From an uncultured Actinomycetes bacterium (GTDB taxonomy: Bacteria > Actinomycetota > Actinomycetes > S36-B12 > CAIYMF01), in assembly GCA_963843975.1 (NCBI GenBank), contig CAWJMG010000003.1, forward strand, positions 2,370,001-2,402,000: a stretch of 32,000 nucleotides of DNA. The letters are read 5' to 3'. The notes under the pieces were generated by a model. It was given only the letters and a program-made list of their open reading frames with translations, did not search any database and had not been told where the DNA came from. Below are positions 31,693-32,000 of the stretch, in pieces. A program made the position numbers and the translations under genes. Within the stretch, counting starts at the first letter, position 1; each line of letters starts with the position of its first letter.

Positions 31693-32000
31693 TGTCCGGC
31701 ACCACCGACCCGCGCAGCATCAGCGACGGCGACCGCGCCGAGTCCGACCGGTTGCTGCACGACGCCCTGTCCGGCGGCAAGCTTCCCCGTTGGGCCGTTC
31801 CAGCAGTGGCCGTCGTCGCCCTCGTGCTCGCCGTCCTGCTCAACCTCCTCACCTCGGTCGCCGGCATCGCCGGCACCCTGGTCGTCGCGGTGCTGCTGTT
31901 CGTCGCCCTGCAGACCCTCTGGAGCTTCCGGGTCGAGGGCCGCCGCCACGCTGTCGACCGGCTGGCCACCACCGCGGTGTACGCGACGTTCCTCATCGCG
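31692..32000 (+). CDS. pstA: Phosphate ABC transporter permease PstA, N-terminal part (runs off the window)
   Basis: The ATG at 31692 overlaps the pstC TGA by 1 nt. The frame stays open to the window end (MSGTTDPRSISDG...LPRWAVPAVAVVALVLAVLL..). Gene order pstS-pstC-pstA supports the call. Confidence 0.85.
   Translation, partial: MSGTTDPRSISDGDRAESDRLLHDALSGGKLPRWAVPAVAVVALVLAVLLNLLTSVAGIAGTLVVAVLLFVALQTLWSFRVEGRRHAVDRLATTAVYATFLIA

Overview
High-GC (roughly 70%+) actinobacterial chromosomal segment. mshD, glnR, an RsiG-like gene and the ppk/pstSCA neighbourhood point to Actinomycetota; the exact taxon is inference. I can support about 40 genes, most of them packed and translationally coupled. 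Left to right: GNAT (partial), macro domain, methyltransferase, DUF2516, an extradiol dioxygenase, a 500-bp non-coding spacer, then an XRE regulator with an HbhA/MLDS-like Lys-repeat protein. Next is an arsenic cluster: acr3, MIP channel, two LMW-PTP arsC, arsR, and a divergent ArsI/CadI-like gene. After it come a BKACE-RsiG-asparaginase operon, a very large DUF4388 protein carrying a 1.5-kb ERLEA pentapeptide array, then dtd, galU, ygfZ, fur and an FABP-like gene. A sulfur/redox neighbourhood follows: DsrE-like, 1-Cys peroxiredoxin, DUF1416, DUF4395, membrane thioredoxin, MoaD/ThiS-like carrier and alpha/beta hydrolase. The window ends with glnR, mshD, ppk1, a CHAD protein, a Nudix-histidine phosphatase and pstS-pstC-pstA (partial). 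No rRNA, tRNA, CRISPR array, transposase or integrase was recognised. The most unusual object is the DUF4388 protein. It has about 70 ERLEA pentads (28 of them base-perfect 15-bp units) punctuated by nine 14-residue motifs, and it ends in a MinD-like basic/aromatic tail. Secondary leads are a MoaD/ThiS-like protein with a 17-aa tail after its Gly-Gly, a His/Asp-rich insertion in MshD, and two apparent single-base frameshifts (second arsC, pstS). The frameshifts also raise a sequence-quality caveat. All homology calls come from motif recognition by eye; no searches were run.
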